From positions 62,001 to 126,000 of the forward strand of contig NW_013657660.1 in assembly GCF_000142905.1 (NCBI RefSeq): a stretch of 64,000 nt of DNA, given 5' to 3'. This stretch comes from Thecamonas trahens ATCC 50062 (lineage: Eukaryota; Protista; Apusomonadida). The notes beneath the pieces are model-generated. The model was not told where the DNA came from, searched no databases, and saw only the letters and a program-made list of their open reading frames with translations. Of this stretch, positions 45,201 through 58,200 are shown piece by piece (the stretch's first letter is position 1; every line of letters starts with the position of its first letter). Both the position numbers and the translations under genes were made by a program.

Positions 45201-48200
45201 GACCTCACCCAGCTCGCCCGGCTTGTCACCTTCCGCGACGAGATTGTTGCTTCGCTCACCTTTGCCACCCACATCGGCATTGTGCTCGGCGACCCGGTTG
45301 TAGCCTCGAATGCCGCCATCTACCTCTGGAACCACTTTCTCCCGATTTTTGACGCCGCTGCCAAGCTCTTTTCCCGCGCCGAGTCCATCGCCCGCGACTC
45401 GCCGCCGCCGCCGCTCGAAGCCCGCCGCATGCTCGCCTCGGTCCTCGACCCGGTCCTCGCCCTCCTCGCCAAGGACGTGCCCTACTGGGGTGGGCCGGAC
45501 TCAGACCCGCCCCCGCGCCTCCCTTCACTCGCTGGCATCATGGACCCGTTTTCGAGCGCGTCGTCGGTGCTGTCGAGCCAGCCACAGGCCAGCACACCTC
45601 ACCCTACAAGCGCCACTCACTCGTCGTCCTCGCTCGACCAGCCGCCGGCGGCCGACACCCTCGGATATTCGGTCCGTGGCCTTGACCTGCTGCCTTTCCT
45701 GGCGGGCTCGACAAACACACCGCCGCAGGCTGTCGGCCTTCTCTTTGCGCAGCTGCACGTCCTCGTCCGCCCGCTCTACGTGGCCTACGCCGGGCTCGGC
45801 GTCATGACCCTCCCGTCGTCGCCGCTTGCCCGGCGCATTGCGTCGCGACCCTGGCTCCGCGCGCCCGAGCCGCGACTCTTCCACGACATCTCCAACGCTC
45901 TCGCCCATGCGCTCTTTGCCTCGGTCGGTCTTGCTGCTGCGCCGCTCGCCGACGCTCTGCCCGTCTCTCTCGCCACCTCGCTCTCTGCATTTCTTCCCGC
46001 ATCCAAGACGTACGTGGACGTGGCGCGGACTCTCCTCCGCGCAAACATGCCTGTTGCCGCTGTCGAGGACGCGCAAACATTGCTCTCTTCGCTCGTTGTT
46101 GCTCGCCGGCTAGCAAGCTCCAACGAGCCGCTTGTCGACGCTCGAGCACCCAACAGTCACCCGTTGCTCCCGGTCATCGCCGCCGTCGAGACACTCAACT
46201 ACCCATCGTCGGTCGACGAGCATGCCTCGGTCCTCCGCTCGGCGCTCACGGCGCTCCACGAGGTCTCGCTCCTCGGTGGCGCCTCGGGCCCGCCCGGCCT
46301 CGACACGTCGGCAGCAAGCATCGCGCCATCACCCAGTGGCGGGCGGCCCAAGTCGCGGGCAGCGAGCTCGCCTAGTCCTGGTCCGCCGCGCGGCCCCGCA
46401 CCGCTCCCGCCGCCCGCGCTGGTGGGTCAGCTCTACGTCCGCGCCGCCCGTGCCGCTCTTGACCTCACAGCCTATCCGATTTCCCTCCTTGCTGCCCGGC
46501 GTGGCCTGGTGCTTCTGCTGGGCAGCGACGGCGCACCGGCGCTCGTCGCGCTCGCCCATATGGTCATGGGCGAGGCCACGCTTGGCCTCATCTCACCACG
46601 CCATCGGCTGTCGCGGCAGAATCGGGCGCGGACCTTTGCGCTCGAGCAGTTTGTGGCCGCTGCGAGGCTCGGCAAGGCCCACGCCAACCTTGACACGGTC
46701 CTCACCGCCGCCACACACTTTTGGAACCTTGTGCCGGCCTTTGTCACCTCGCTCTCGCTTGTCCGGGTCCTTCTCCCGCAGCTTCAGGAGGTCATCAACT
46801 CGCTCCTTGCCTTTGACCGCAGCATCGCGTCGTTGCAGCTAGTTGTCTCACTCTTTCGCCTCTCGTTTGAGTGCTACGCCCGGCTCGGGATGTGGGACGA
46901 CGGACTCTCGGCCGTCGCCGTCTACCTCTCAACTGTCTCGGTCAAGTTCCACGACCTCATCTGGCGCGAGCGCATTCTTTTCAAGTCCAAGTCTGGCAAG
47001 GACTTGCGGCCAGAACTCTCCAAGATCATCGACCTCGATCCAACCATTCAGGCCCAGATCTGGCTGACCCTCGCGCGGGCGGCCTCGCAGCCTGCCGCCC
47101 GCATGGCCGCTTACCACAAGGCCATTGAGGTCTTTGAGCGAGAGCCGTGGCGCAAGGTCGACATCTTGGTCGAGTTTGCTCAGTTTCTGTACGAGACGCA
47201 CGCGGACGGCCTCGATATCACTGACGTGCTGGAGGAGGCGGCCGACCTCTTGCTCGACTTGGTCTCTGACGAGCAGCGTGCGCGACGCAACTCGGTGGCA
47301 GAGCTGCATCTGTTCCGACTCGGCTCGAGTGGCGCCAAGTCCGAGAGCCAGCAAGCCCGCGTTCCACCCAAGCTCTCGGCCTCGCAGCTCGAGATCCTCG
47401 GCCGCATCCACACTATGCTCCACATTGTGAGCACCGATGCCGCCGCCGCTGTCGACTTTGCGCTCATGGCGCAGCACTTTTTCGAGCAGCTCTATGCCGC
47501 CGCCGCCGACCACGCCCGCGCGCTCCTCGAGGCCCTCGTTGCCGCCTACCCGCAGCTTGCCCCATCCGACTCGGCCGACCGCGTCGAGGCTGCCGAGTCG
47601 GAGCCGCCCAAGGAAAAGGCAAAGGCCAAGTCAAAGGACAAGGACAAGGAGCGCGAAAAGACAAAGGCAAAGGCTCGCAACTCCCGCCGTGCTGCCCTCG
47701 AAGCCACGGCGTCGACCTCGTCGTTTGCGCCCGACGCCACTGCAGCCGCAGCCGCTTCGGAAGCCTACGACGCACTTTGCACAGCGCTCGACAAGTTTGG
47801 ACTTCCCGACTCGGTCTACGGTTGGCTCACCGCGCCGCTCGCCAGTGAGTTTGCAGATGCGCTCACTGCCGCCGCCGCGGTCCTCGCTGACGTGGGCTCT
47901 GCCCCCGGGGGTGCGAGCGGCCTGGCTGCCGGCGACTCGCTCGTCTCGCTCGACGAGGCCGCCACCGCTGCCGACGGCAACAGCGCCGCCTCGCCAGCAG
48001 ACGCCTCCGCGCACGCTGCGCTGCCTATTGCTGCGCCGCAGCTGACGTTGTACTACATCAACGCGCTCATCGAGTTTCTGGAGCAGGCTGGATACTCGTT
48101 CCACGTGCTCCCGCTCATCCATCTCGTCCACCTCCTCGGCTCTGTTGCTGGCGAGTCGCGGGCGTACCTGCAGTGGAACCGCCAGCGGCTTGCCAAGCAG

Positions 48201-51200
48201 CTGGAGACGCTCAATCTCGCAGACCTTGCCGCCGATCTCCGGATCCGGCCGGTGCAGCTCGCACTCGACAACGCAGTCAAGATGGAGCACGCCGACGTCA
48301 TCCACCAGGAGCGCGAGCTCCGCAAGTTTGCCGAGACCCGCCCATTGCACTCGGTCCTCAAGTCGTCGAGCCGCAAGACGGGAGACGTCGTCAGCGCTAG
48401 CACAAACCGCACGCTCCTTGAGCTCGAGCCGGTCACGCCGATGCGGTCGGTGTGGGTGCTCAAGGGCGACTCGCTTGCCAGCGATGGTGCGTACGACCTT
48501 GCGGTCCCGCTCTACAACGCTGCCCTCGATCACGCTCGCGCCTTTGGGGACGAGCTTGTGCTTGGGCTCGCCTACAATGGGCTTGCCCGCGTTGCCCTCG
48601 CCCGTGCCCGCATCCTCGGCACCTGCGGCTCGGGCCCAAACGCCCGGACCCAGCTCAAGACTGCCGACAAGGAAGACGGCGTCGCCTCCGACTTTATCGA
48701 CCAGGGTATCGAGTACGCGATGCTTGCTCGCGGCACGGCTGGTACAGCCAAGTTCTGGCTGGACAACTCGACGCTGCTGGCAGACTTGCTATGCGAGGCC
48801 GCCCCGTCGCCGCGGTTTGCCGAAGCGCTCGCCATTCTCGGCGAGACCGTCGACATCCTCACCGAGGCCTCACGGGGCGTCCAAGCCGGAAAGGCCCTCC
48901 TTGACACCGCCATTGCGCTTGTCCGCCGGCACGAGGGCAGAGTCCACCTCGCCGCTGCGCTCACTGCCGACTCGGGCTCGCCAGACCCGGCCCGGCTCGA
49001 TGCTGCACTTGCCGCCTTTGACGACGCAGTTGTCCTGCTCAAGGCGCTCGGCGGTGCGCATGCGCTCCTCGCACACACGCTTGTCGAGTATGCGCAGGTG
49101 CTGCAGCTCAAGTCGGGGACGAGCCTTGGCCAGTTTGAGGCCGTTGGCAAGGTGCTGGAGGAGGCCGAGGCTCAGGCAGCGGCGTGGTACGCCGCGGTCT
49201 CGGTCCAGGCCAGCGGTCCGCTCGCGGTCCGGGTCTCGCTCCCGGCCGCCCGCGCGCTGGCCGAGCTCAAGCTCGCTCTCGGCAAGACGCTCGTGTCCAT
49301 TGTCGGCCTTCGCCCATCGCCCGAAGACGCGTACGCCGACTTTCCGACGGTGGTCGCAAAGTACTTGCTTGAGACGATGGAGCTCGAGACGCCCGAGCAG
49401 ATCCTGCCGGCCCAGGAGCGGGCACTCATCCACATGTCGTCGGCATACAACCTGGCGCCGGTCCCGGGCCTCGCCTCGCGCGCTGCTCTCTGCCTCGGTC
49501 GCACCCTACTTGACATTGCTGTCCGCCGCGGCTACCTCATCCTTCAGTGGGGCGAGCCCGAGTCGGACGACGACGACGAGTCGGATCTCGACCGCTCGAG
49601 CTCGAACTCGTCAGCTGACGAGAGCGAAGAGCAGTCTGATGACGGCGACGGCGACGGCGACGACGACGATGCTGATGACGACGAAGATGACGACAACGAC
49701 GACGAAGGCGACGAAGGCGACGATGGCGACGACGACGACAATGACGACGACGATGACGACGATCCTGTCGACAGCAATGGCCGCCGCGTGGTACGTAAGA
49801 TGGACGCGTCGATTCGTGTCCTCGCTCGCGAGCAGGAACACCTGTACCTGGTCGACCAGGCCGCTCAGTACCTCAAGCTTGCCGTGGTGGGCGCGCTGGC
49901 GGCGGAAGCATGGGAGGTTGCGCGCGAGGCGTGCCTCCACCTTGTGCATCTGCATGGCGTGCTTGATCCGGAGGCGTGTGCCCTGTTTTGCCTCCTCGCG
50001 CAGTGCGTCGAGGTGCGGATGCAGGCCGAAGAGCTTGTAGTGGCAGCTGCCGACGTCCGCGACCCGAACGCGATGCTGCTGCGGCAGCGGCAGGAACAGC
50101 GGAAGCACTCGCTGATCGGCACTGTTCCGCCGCTGGCCGAGCACGATGCAGTCGCGGCCGCACTTGGGCGGCAGAGCGAGTCGTGGCGGGCGCTAGAGCT
50201 CTCGGTCGAGAACCTTGATTTGTTTGGGCCGCCGGCCAATGCTCTGGCGCGGATGCTAGAGCCGCTCGGCAACAGCTTGCTCGTTGTGGCGCATGTCGGC
50301 TCGCTCGACGGCGTTTGGCTGTACTCGGTGGTCGCCGCCGCCGGCGGCGGCTCGCGGGCGAGGGTGGTGCGGAGCAAGCGGAGCGGCGCGCAGCTGTTGG
50401 CGGCCGAAAAGGCATGTGCCGCGCTCGACTTACATCTGCGGCGTGGCCTTCTCAAGGAAGACAACGAGTTCCACCTGGCTACGCCCGGTCCGGCTCAGAG
50501 CGAGGCAGCGGCCGCGCCCGAGCCGGTAGCCAAGTCCTCGGGTGCATCGGGCTCGGCGCGGGGCTCGGGCTCCTCGCGAAGCCGTCGGTCGCGGACAAGC
50601 GCACCCAGTGCGGCAGCGGACAAGGGCGAGAAAGCGCCTGCCGCTGCAGTTGTGGACCCGATCAAGGTTGTGCGGGCGATGGCAAGCGGCCGGGTAAGCA
50701 ACCCGCAGGCGTCCGCCGACGAAAAGGCGTGGAGCGAGCTGCTTGACGCGCTCAACGCGTGGTCACTGGAGAGCGGTCTTGTGGCTGCCGTCCACGAGGC
50801 GTGCGTCCATCGGACGTGTTCGACGTTTGAGAGCGTGGTAGTGTTGGCGCCCGAGGCGCTGTCGATGCTGCCATGGGAGGCGTTGGCGGTGTTTAGCGCG
50901 CTCCCGCTCCTCTGCGACGAGGTGGCGGCACTCGGTACCGTCGGCGTTGCACGCGAGTTCTCGGTCGGGCTCTTGCTCGCGGCGCTGAGGTCGCCGATCC
51001 TCGGCGCAGAGGTCGAGACCAGCGCCGGAGCTGGGCTAACGACAGGATCATCAGGATCGCGGCGGAGCGGCAGTGTGGCGGGCGGGCCGCGAGGGAGTGT
51101 CGACAAAAACTCGGTGACGTATGTTGTCGACCCACTCAACGAGCACCACGTACACGAGGCCTTGCTGCCCGCTGCCGCGCGTGACTCGAGTCCGCCAGCA

Positions 51201-51922
51201 GTACCGGCGGCGACGCCCAAGTCGGCCGTGCCGCCGCGGCTGGCCGGGATGCGGGCAGCGTCACGGGCTGTGTCGCGGGCGGGCGAGAGCGGCAGCAGCG
51301 GCGGGTGGACTGACGTGGCGATGACAGTCATGTGCGACGGCTGGCGCGAGGCTTTGGCGAGCCACGGGCAGACGACGCGGGCGTGGTCCGGCGTCCTCGG
51401 CGATGAAGCCGGTGTCGGCGTCGAGCAGTGGCAGAGACTGCTGGTGCAACACGCCGATGGCGCGTTTGTCTACTCGGGCCTTGGCAGTATGTTCTCGTAC
51501 CTACCGCTGTCGGCAGTGCTCTCACTCAACCTCTCATCGCTCCATGCGGCCATCCTGCTCGACCAGGTCCGAACCGAAGAGTCGCTTCTCCGCGAGCGGC
51601 AGGCGCTGCTGCGGACAGCAAAGGCAGCTGAGCGGCGCGCTCTCAAGTCGCCGTACCTCGCTGCACTCGCACTGCGCATCACCGGCATCTCGTGCGTTGT
51701 CACCAACGCGCGGAGCACGGCGTACCCGCCAACCACGCTCTCCTCGTCTCGCTCCTCCGCTCGCTACCATCGCGTCCGCTCGCCCGGGTCCTTGCCGACT
51801 TTCGCGCCCTCGCCCGCAGCGGGGCCAAGGCCGGCACCCCCAACGAGGATCCCCGGAGCTGGAAGGCGGCGCTGCTCCACAGCGCTGTGGTGTATGGCTG
51901 GGCCGGCTGGGGCTGGAAGTGA
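42273..51922 (+). CDS. CFAP46: Cilia- and flagella-associated protein 46 (FAP46/TTC40); one frame break at ~51726
   Basis: PRYHFLLYNGSVYWWRLARPLVVPGFRHLLLPS, CIWNLVLPLLQPNLRH, KLRLRTNIY, WRKVDILVEFAQFLY, C-terminal YVVDP...FVYSGLG. The plausible end (PANHALL...SAVVYGW) is in the -1 frame, with the stop at 51922. Confidence 0.85.
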
Positions 51923-52250
51923 TGACAGAGAAAGCAACAAGCCATTGTGTACCCACGACTTGTTATGCAAGCCCATCATGCGATGGACATAAAGCGCGCA
52001 TCATGCTCCAATCCGGGAAGGTGATGCCCGGGCAGAGTGCTGGCAAGGCTGGCGTGGCTCGACGTGTCACTCGCCCAATCGATCCCGGGCGACCTTCTCC
52101 CCCCCCTCCCCACCCCCTTCCTTCTCCAGACCCTCCGCCTCCCTCCCCTCACTGCACCAACCAGGCTACCACCCACTTCCACCCCCTCCACCCCGCACAA
52201 GCCTCATCTCCAGCCACTCCACCCCCACCCCCCAACCCCCACCCCCCACC

Positions 52251-53435
52251 ATGTCGGACTCCGAGTCGCTGTCGGACGAGGCCTCCGGGCTGTCGTCGTC
52301 GTCGTCGCCGTGTGAAGAGGACGAGATGAGCTCGTCAAGCTCGTCGAGCTCATCTGGATCTATGACAGGCGAGCGGATTGGACTGGTGGACAAGACAGGA
52401 ACACCCGTGGGACCGCCCGAGGGCTCGCCGGAGAAGGCCATGGCGTACCTCTACTACACCGAGAGCTCGCAGTGGCACTCGCAGGAGATGGAGGTCATTG
52501 TCTCGTCGCGGCCGTTCCAGAAGGGCGGCATGCGGCAGGCGTTCAAGATCGTCAACGTCAAGAACGGCGACGTGTTTGTGGGAAAGCGGTACTACTCGCA
52601 CGAGCGGGCATCGGACGAGATGTACTACCAGGACGTGAGTCTGCAGTCGTACTGCCAGCTGTGGGCAACGTCGTACAACGCAGAGCCCAACATTCCCAAG
52701 AAGGTCACTTTTGTCCGTACATGGGTCCTTCGTCTTGTCGAGCGCGATTGCATGCCGCTCTTCTCGTGCGAGCCGATGCTCTGCGGTCCGTTCCGCAAAC
52801 AGAACTCGAACACCGGGTGGCTCGACGAGTCGCGCAACACGCCGCAAGCCTTCTCGCACTACACCTACGAGCGCTCGGGTCGCAAGCTGGTCATCGTCGA
52901 CATCCAGGGCGTCGAGGACTACTACACCGATCCGCAGATCCACACCGTCGACGGCAACGACTTTGGGAAGGGCAACTTTGGCACCGAGGGCATCGACAAC
53001 TTTGTCGAGACTCACAAGTGCAACGCCATTTGCCGCGGTCTCGGCCTCCCGGTCTTTGGCGCCCGTGACATCAACGTCGGCACCCAGATGGCGTGGTCGG
53101 CCCGGCCAGAAATCCTGCCAGTCGCCCTCTCGTCTTCGATCTCCCAGGCCGGCCTGGCTCTCCTCGAGGCGACCACCAACGACGAGAGTGGCGCCGGGCC
53201 ATCCGAGTCGCCGCAGGCTGTCGGCCGCCCCAGCTCCGCCATTCGCGAGCGCTCACGCTCCCGCGAGCGGGACCCCGATCCGCACGCCCAGCCCATGGTC
53301 TACGTCCGTGACGCCAAGCGCAAGACCGGCAAGTACCATATGCAGGCCGGCCATTTTAACTCGTACCAGACGATTCCGCTCACCACTGCTACCGAGCAGG
53401 GTCGCACCGCGTGCAAGAGCTGCTGCGATTCATAG
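52251..53435 (+). CDS. Alpha-kinase (eEF2K/myosin heavy chain kinase family) with a small C-terminal Cys/His module
   Basis: PFQKGGMRQAF, FVGKRY, FRKQNSN.G, RNTPQAFSHYTYERS..KLVIVDIQGV..YYTDPQIH, GKGNFG..GI..F..HKCNAIC. Confidence 0.93.
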   Translation: MSDSESLSDEASGLSSSSSPCEEDEMSSSSSSSSSGSMTGERIGLVDKTGTPVGPPEGSPEKAMAYLYYTESSQWHSQEMEVIVSSRPFQKGGMRQAFKIVNVKNGDVFVGKRYYSHERASDEMYYQDVSLQSYCQLWATSYNAEPNIPKKVTFVRTWVLRLVERDCMPLFSCEPMLCGPFRKQNSNTGWLDESRNTPQAFSHYTYERSGRKLVIVDIQGVEDYYTDPQIHTVDGNDFGKGNFGTEGIDNFVETHKCNAICRGLGLPVFGARDINVGTQMAWSARPEILPVALSSSISQAGLALLEATTNDESGAGPSESPQAVGRPSSAIRERSRSRERDPDPHAQPMVYVRDAKRKTGKYHMQAGHFNSYQTIPLTTATEQGRTACKSCCDS

Positions 53436-53802
53436 CCAAAAGCAACTTTCAATGCGGTCGTGCCGGCGAGACTCGCGTCCACCTGACTCTGCTCTTGCAC
53501 TGCGTCACAAAGAAAGTATGTTGGTGAGAGAGGCGGGCACGGCTACAGCGCATGACGCCGAGTAGCAGATGGGGCATGACATGCTGTGGAAGCAGGAGGC
53601 TAGCGGGCTGTTGTCGTCCATGGTGGCGAGGAGGGGGAGGCGAGGGGAGGCTGAGCGTGCGCCTGACTTGCTTGCGAAAGGCTCGTTTTTCGCCAGAATC
53701 AGGATTTTTTCGGCTGAACGGCCGATCCTGGCTGGGCATGAGATTGGGGCGGAGGCGGCAGAGGGAGAGAAGAGGACTCATGCCTGCTGGCTGATACTGT
53801 AG

Positions 53803-53908
53803 TGTCTCATCCTATCGCCGGACTTGCGCTTGCGCTCGAGCGCGAGGAGTTTGACGACCCGGCCGAGTTTGAGTTTGAAGAGGAGGAGGAGGAGGACGAC
53901 GACGGCGC

Positions 53909-53967
<59 letters not shown>

Positions 53968-54043
53968 ATGATGTCGATGATGACGACGATGAGGATGACG
54001 ACGAGGATGTTGACGAGGATGACGATGTGGATGAGGATGAGGA

Positions 54044-54086
<43 letters not shown>

Positions 54087-54097
54087 GAGGATGAGGA

Positions 54098-54137
<40 letters not shown>

Positions 54138-55184
54138 GAGATTGTGATCGACGAGTCAAAGGAGGCTGAGGCGGACGATGCCGATGCTGACGACGACGAC
54201 GACTATGCTGACGACGATGCCGATGCCGAGGAGGAGGAGGAGGTCGAGGCCGACGCCGACGCCGATGTGGTGGCGCCGGCCAAGATGAGCGCGGCCGAGA
54301 AGGCGTACAAGCGCGAGCGGGCCAACTCGGACGCGTCAAACGAGTCGATTGGATTCATTGTGGATGTGCCGACGTACGCGGACGGAGACTGGAAGGCGAT
54401 GCAGCGCGACGCGCGGGCGTACGCGTCGCAAGCCGACCAGCTGATGACGCGGTCCAAGTTTGGGCAAGCGGCCGAGGCGTTCTCGCGCGCCTCGATTGTG
54501 CGCGGCTACTACATTAACGCCAAGCGGGCGGCGATTCGCGGCGAGATGGCTGCGCGGGCGCAGGCCATGTCGGAGACCAAGAAGAGCTGGAAGCAGCGCC
54601 GCGAGGAGCTGCAGCTGGGACTCGCTGCCAAGCGTGAGGAGCGCCGCGCCGCCCGCGAGGCCGACGAGCGCGAGCAGAACCTGCGGATGCGCGAGGAGCG
54701 CGAGCAGCGCCGCATCGAGCGCGAAGCTGCCGCTGAGCGCCGCGCTGCCCGTCAAGCCGAGGAAATGCGCATCGTCGCCACTGAAAAGGCTGCCATCCAG
54801 CGCGACGCCCGCGTCCGCGCAGATTCGATTCGCCGTGAGCACGCGCTGGCCAAGGCCGGCGTCGTCGCTGCAGATCCCGTGCCCGTTGACCTTGACGATG
54901 ACGCCGACGAGCCCGTTGACGACGTTGACGATGAGGATGCGGATGAGGATGCGGATGAGGATGCGGACGAGGATGCGGATGAGGATCAGGATGCAGACGA
55001 GGATGAGGATGTGGATGTGGACGACGCCGACGACGACGACGACGACGATGACGACGATGATGATGAAGACAACGATGACGACGACGACGATGATGAGGAC
55101 GATGACGACGACGACGACGCCGACGACGACGACGACGATGACGACGACGACGATGACGACGACGACGATGACGACGACGAGTAA
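53803..55184 (+). CDS. Extremely acidic poly-Asp protein with a central E/R-rich helix; 5' exon uncertain
   Basis: Open frame with GAC/GAT codon mixing. Acceptor ctgatactgtAG at 53802, with phase-1-compatible donors at 53516 (GTATGT) or 53657 (GTGCGC). Confidence 0.7.
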
Positions 55185-55256
55185 AATACATTTTCCCCGC
55201 ACCCATCTATCAAAAAAGGGCGGGTGTGATGTTCAATAGCGCTACTCAACCCAAGG

Positions 55257-58200
55257 CTACTTGTGATGGCCCTTGCCCTTTTTGCGCCGCCGCTTGGACT
55301 TGCCGCCACGACTGCGACGCGACGCACCGCCGCCATCGACGACAGACGTAAGTTCTGTGCTGGCGTCGGCGTCGGAGTGCACGCTCTCGACCTCAACAGC
55401 AGCCAGCTCGGTGAGCGTAGCGGAAGTGATCAAGCCGGAGCCATCGGTGCTCTTCTTGGCCCTTCGCTTCTTACGTCCCGAGCGCGACGCGGTGGAGCGG
55501 GTCGAGCGGGTCGAGCAGGTCGAGCGGACCGACTCGGCCGAGTTGGATCGGGGCAGAGCCGCCGGCGGGTTTGCCGTTGCGACGGTGCCGGATCTGTTGC
55601 TACGGGCCTTGCCCTTTTTCTTGCGCCGCCCGCGGCGCGAGGCCCGCGACTCGTCCGAGCCGGCCGAGGCGAGCGACGAGACCGAGCCGACGTCGGAAAA
55701 GTCTGAGGCTTCCGAGCAGACCGAGGCACGAGACGACGGTCGGCGGCGGGACGCGCCGCGGCTGCGACTGGTCTTCTTGCCGCCAGTCGACAGCGCCTCG
55801 AGCTTGGCCTCGAGCTTCTGGACCTGGGCCTCGAGCCGGTTCGATTTGGCCTTGAAGGCGTCGCGGTCTGACTGCGCGATGAGGAGCTGCTCCTTGAGGC
55901 CCTGGTTGGCCGCCTCGAGGTCGGAGATGCGGGCGCGTGCCTCCTCCAGCGCAGCCTGGTACTCGGAGATGTCAGGGACAGAGGTGGCGTTGGAGCCTTC
56001 CGAGTCGGCAGTCATCCTGCGAGTGCGGGCGGTGCTGGATGCAACTTTGCGCGAGCTGCTGCTCCCGCGATGCCGCGAGTGGGTCTTCTTGGTCGACTTT
56101 TTGCGACTCTTGGAGACGGAGCCTTTGGTGTGGGAGCCATGCTTGCGGCGCTTGCCGCGCGACGAGTGCGCGTGGTCATCCGAGATGCGCGCCTCGGCCT
56201 CAGCCTCGCTCACGGCGAGGTCGACGGCCGACGCGGTCATGGCGAGCGAGCTTGCTAGCTTGTCCTTGAGCATGACAATGGTGGCCTGCGCCGACGCAGC
56301 CTCGGCCTGGGCATCCTTCAGCTGTGACGCGAGCGCATTGTAGTCGTCGGTGGCGGCGCCGCGAAGCTGGCGGAGCAGGATCTCCCGCTCGGTTTCCACG
56401 TCGACGAGCCTGGTCCGCAGCGCAGCGAGCGTCTCGCGGAACGACTCGGACCGTGGCGAGCGCGAGCCTGAGGACGACGGCTGCTCTAGGCCCGCGGCCG
56501 ACATTTTCTTGTGGAGGACCGAGACTTCGGCGGCGAGAGTCGCCGACTCAACTTCAAACGACGCAAGTTGGCGCTTGAGCGAGTCGATGACAGTGGTGAG
56601 CGCGTCGTTGTCGGCCTTGAGGCCGCGGATGACTGCGACATGCGATGAGGCCTCCAGCTCGGTGGCCGACGCGTCCGCCGCGGACGGATGAGTTCCGTTG
56701 AGAGAGGCGCCGTCGTCGGCAGCGGTCGACGGGGTGATGAGGTTGAGGAGCGAGGGATCGACCCGCGACGAGCCTGCGTCGGTCGCAGCCTGGCGGGTCT
56801 TGCGAATGAGCCGCTCGAGCGGGGTGTTCGACGCCGACGCCATGTTGGTCAGCAGCTGCTTGAGCAGCAGATTTTCCTCGCGGAGTTGCTCGGCGGTGCG
56901 CGAGGCCGACGCAAGCGCCGATCCGGTCTCGGCCTCCTGCTCGCGGTAGGTCTTGAGGGCGCGGCGAAGAATGTGCAGCTTGCGGAGCATGGAAAAGAAC
57001 GGGCGGATGCGCGAGGAGCGCAGATCCGGCGGCGGCGCGAGAGTGGAGAAAATCCCAAACGAGTCGGTGCCGTCCGCGAGCGTCCCGGCCTTGCTCAGCG
57101 CCTCAGGCAGCGACGAAATGCCGAGGTCGGCGACACGGCCGGTGGCGTAGGCGATGGCGGCGAGCATGGACGCAATGATCTCCAGGAGCGCCATTTTGGA
57201 GACCCGGACTTGCGAGGGGTCGGACGAGAACGAGTACCGCTGGATGAGGTCCTGCGTCCGAGACTTGGTCCACTTGAGCGAGACCTCGCCGCAGACCTTG
57301 CCGTAGGTCTTGTGGAGGGCGGTCATGTGGCGCTGGAGGTGCTTGATCTCGGCATGCAGAGCCTTGATCGAGTCCAGCTCGACTTTGTACGACGCCACGG
57401 TCTCGGCCGCAAGGGTGGCGGTGATGCGGTCGACATCGATGGCGTTGAACGCCCGCAGGGGGCCCGAGTCGATCTCCGAGTGGTGAAAGTTGTTGACGAG
57501 GCCGCGGCGTGGCGCAAGGACGCCAAACTGCGAGATGATGCCAGCGCCGCCAGTGCCGCCGTAGCCATCGTCATAGTGCTCTTGCATGTCGCCGTGCGAG
57601 TCCCACTCCGAGAGGCTGGCGGTGTTCGAGTTGATCGACCGTGACTTGGAGAGGGTCATGCCGGTCCCCTCGCTGCTGCCGATAGCACCGCCTGCCGACG
57701 CGACGGCCTCGCTCAGGCCAGGGCCGTGGTCGACGCCGCTCGCCTGCTCGCCGCGGGCGCCTTCGTCGCCGCCGCCGCCGCCGTTCCCGGGCGAGGTGCC
57801 ATACCGCTTGCGGAGCGAGGCCTCGCCACGCGCGCGGCCCTGTGGCGGATGCGGCGTGGACGGATTGGCTGAGATGGGTGGAACAGGGGCATCGGTACTC
57901 CCGGGGCTGCCGCTAACAGTTGCGCCTCCAGAGCCACCGCTGGCGCTCGCGCTCGCGCCGCGCATCCGGATGAGCGGGAGCTTTGGCCCAGCACCCGGTG
58001 GATTTGCGGAGGGGAAGCGCGGAGCGTAGCGCGGGGTGCTCCTCCGCGACGAGCGAAAGGAGCCCGGCGAGCGGCGGCGATCGGGCGAGGGGACGGCCGG
58101 TAGCGCCGAGTGTGCGGCAGCGGCGGAGGAGAGAGCCGAGGCAGCGCCCGGAGACGGCGGGGGGGCGACGCCTGGCGCCAGAGCCGGGCTGTTGCCCACA

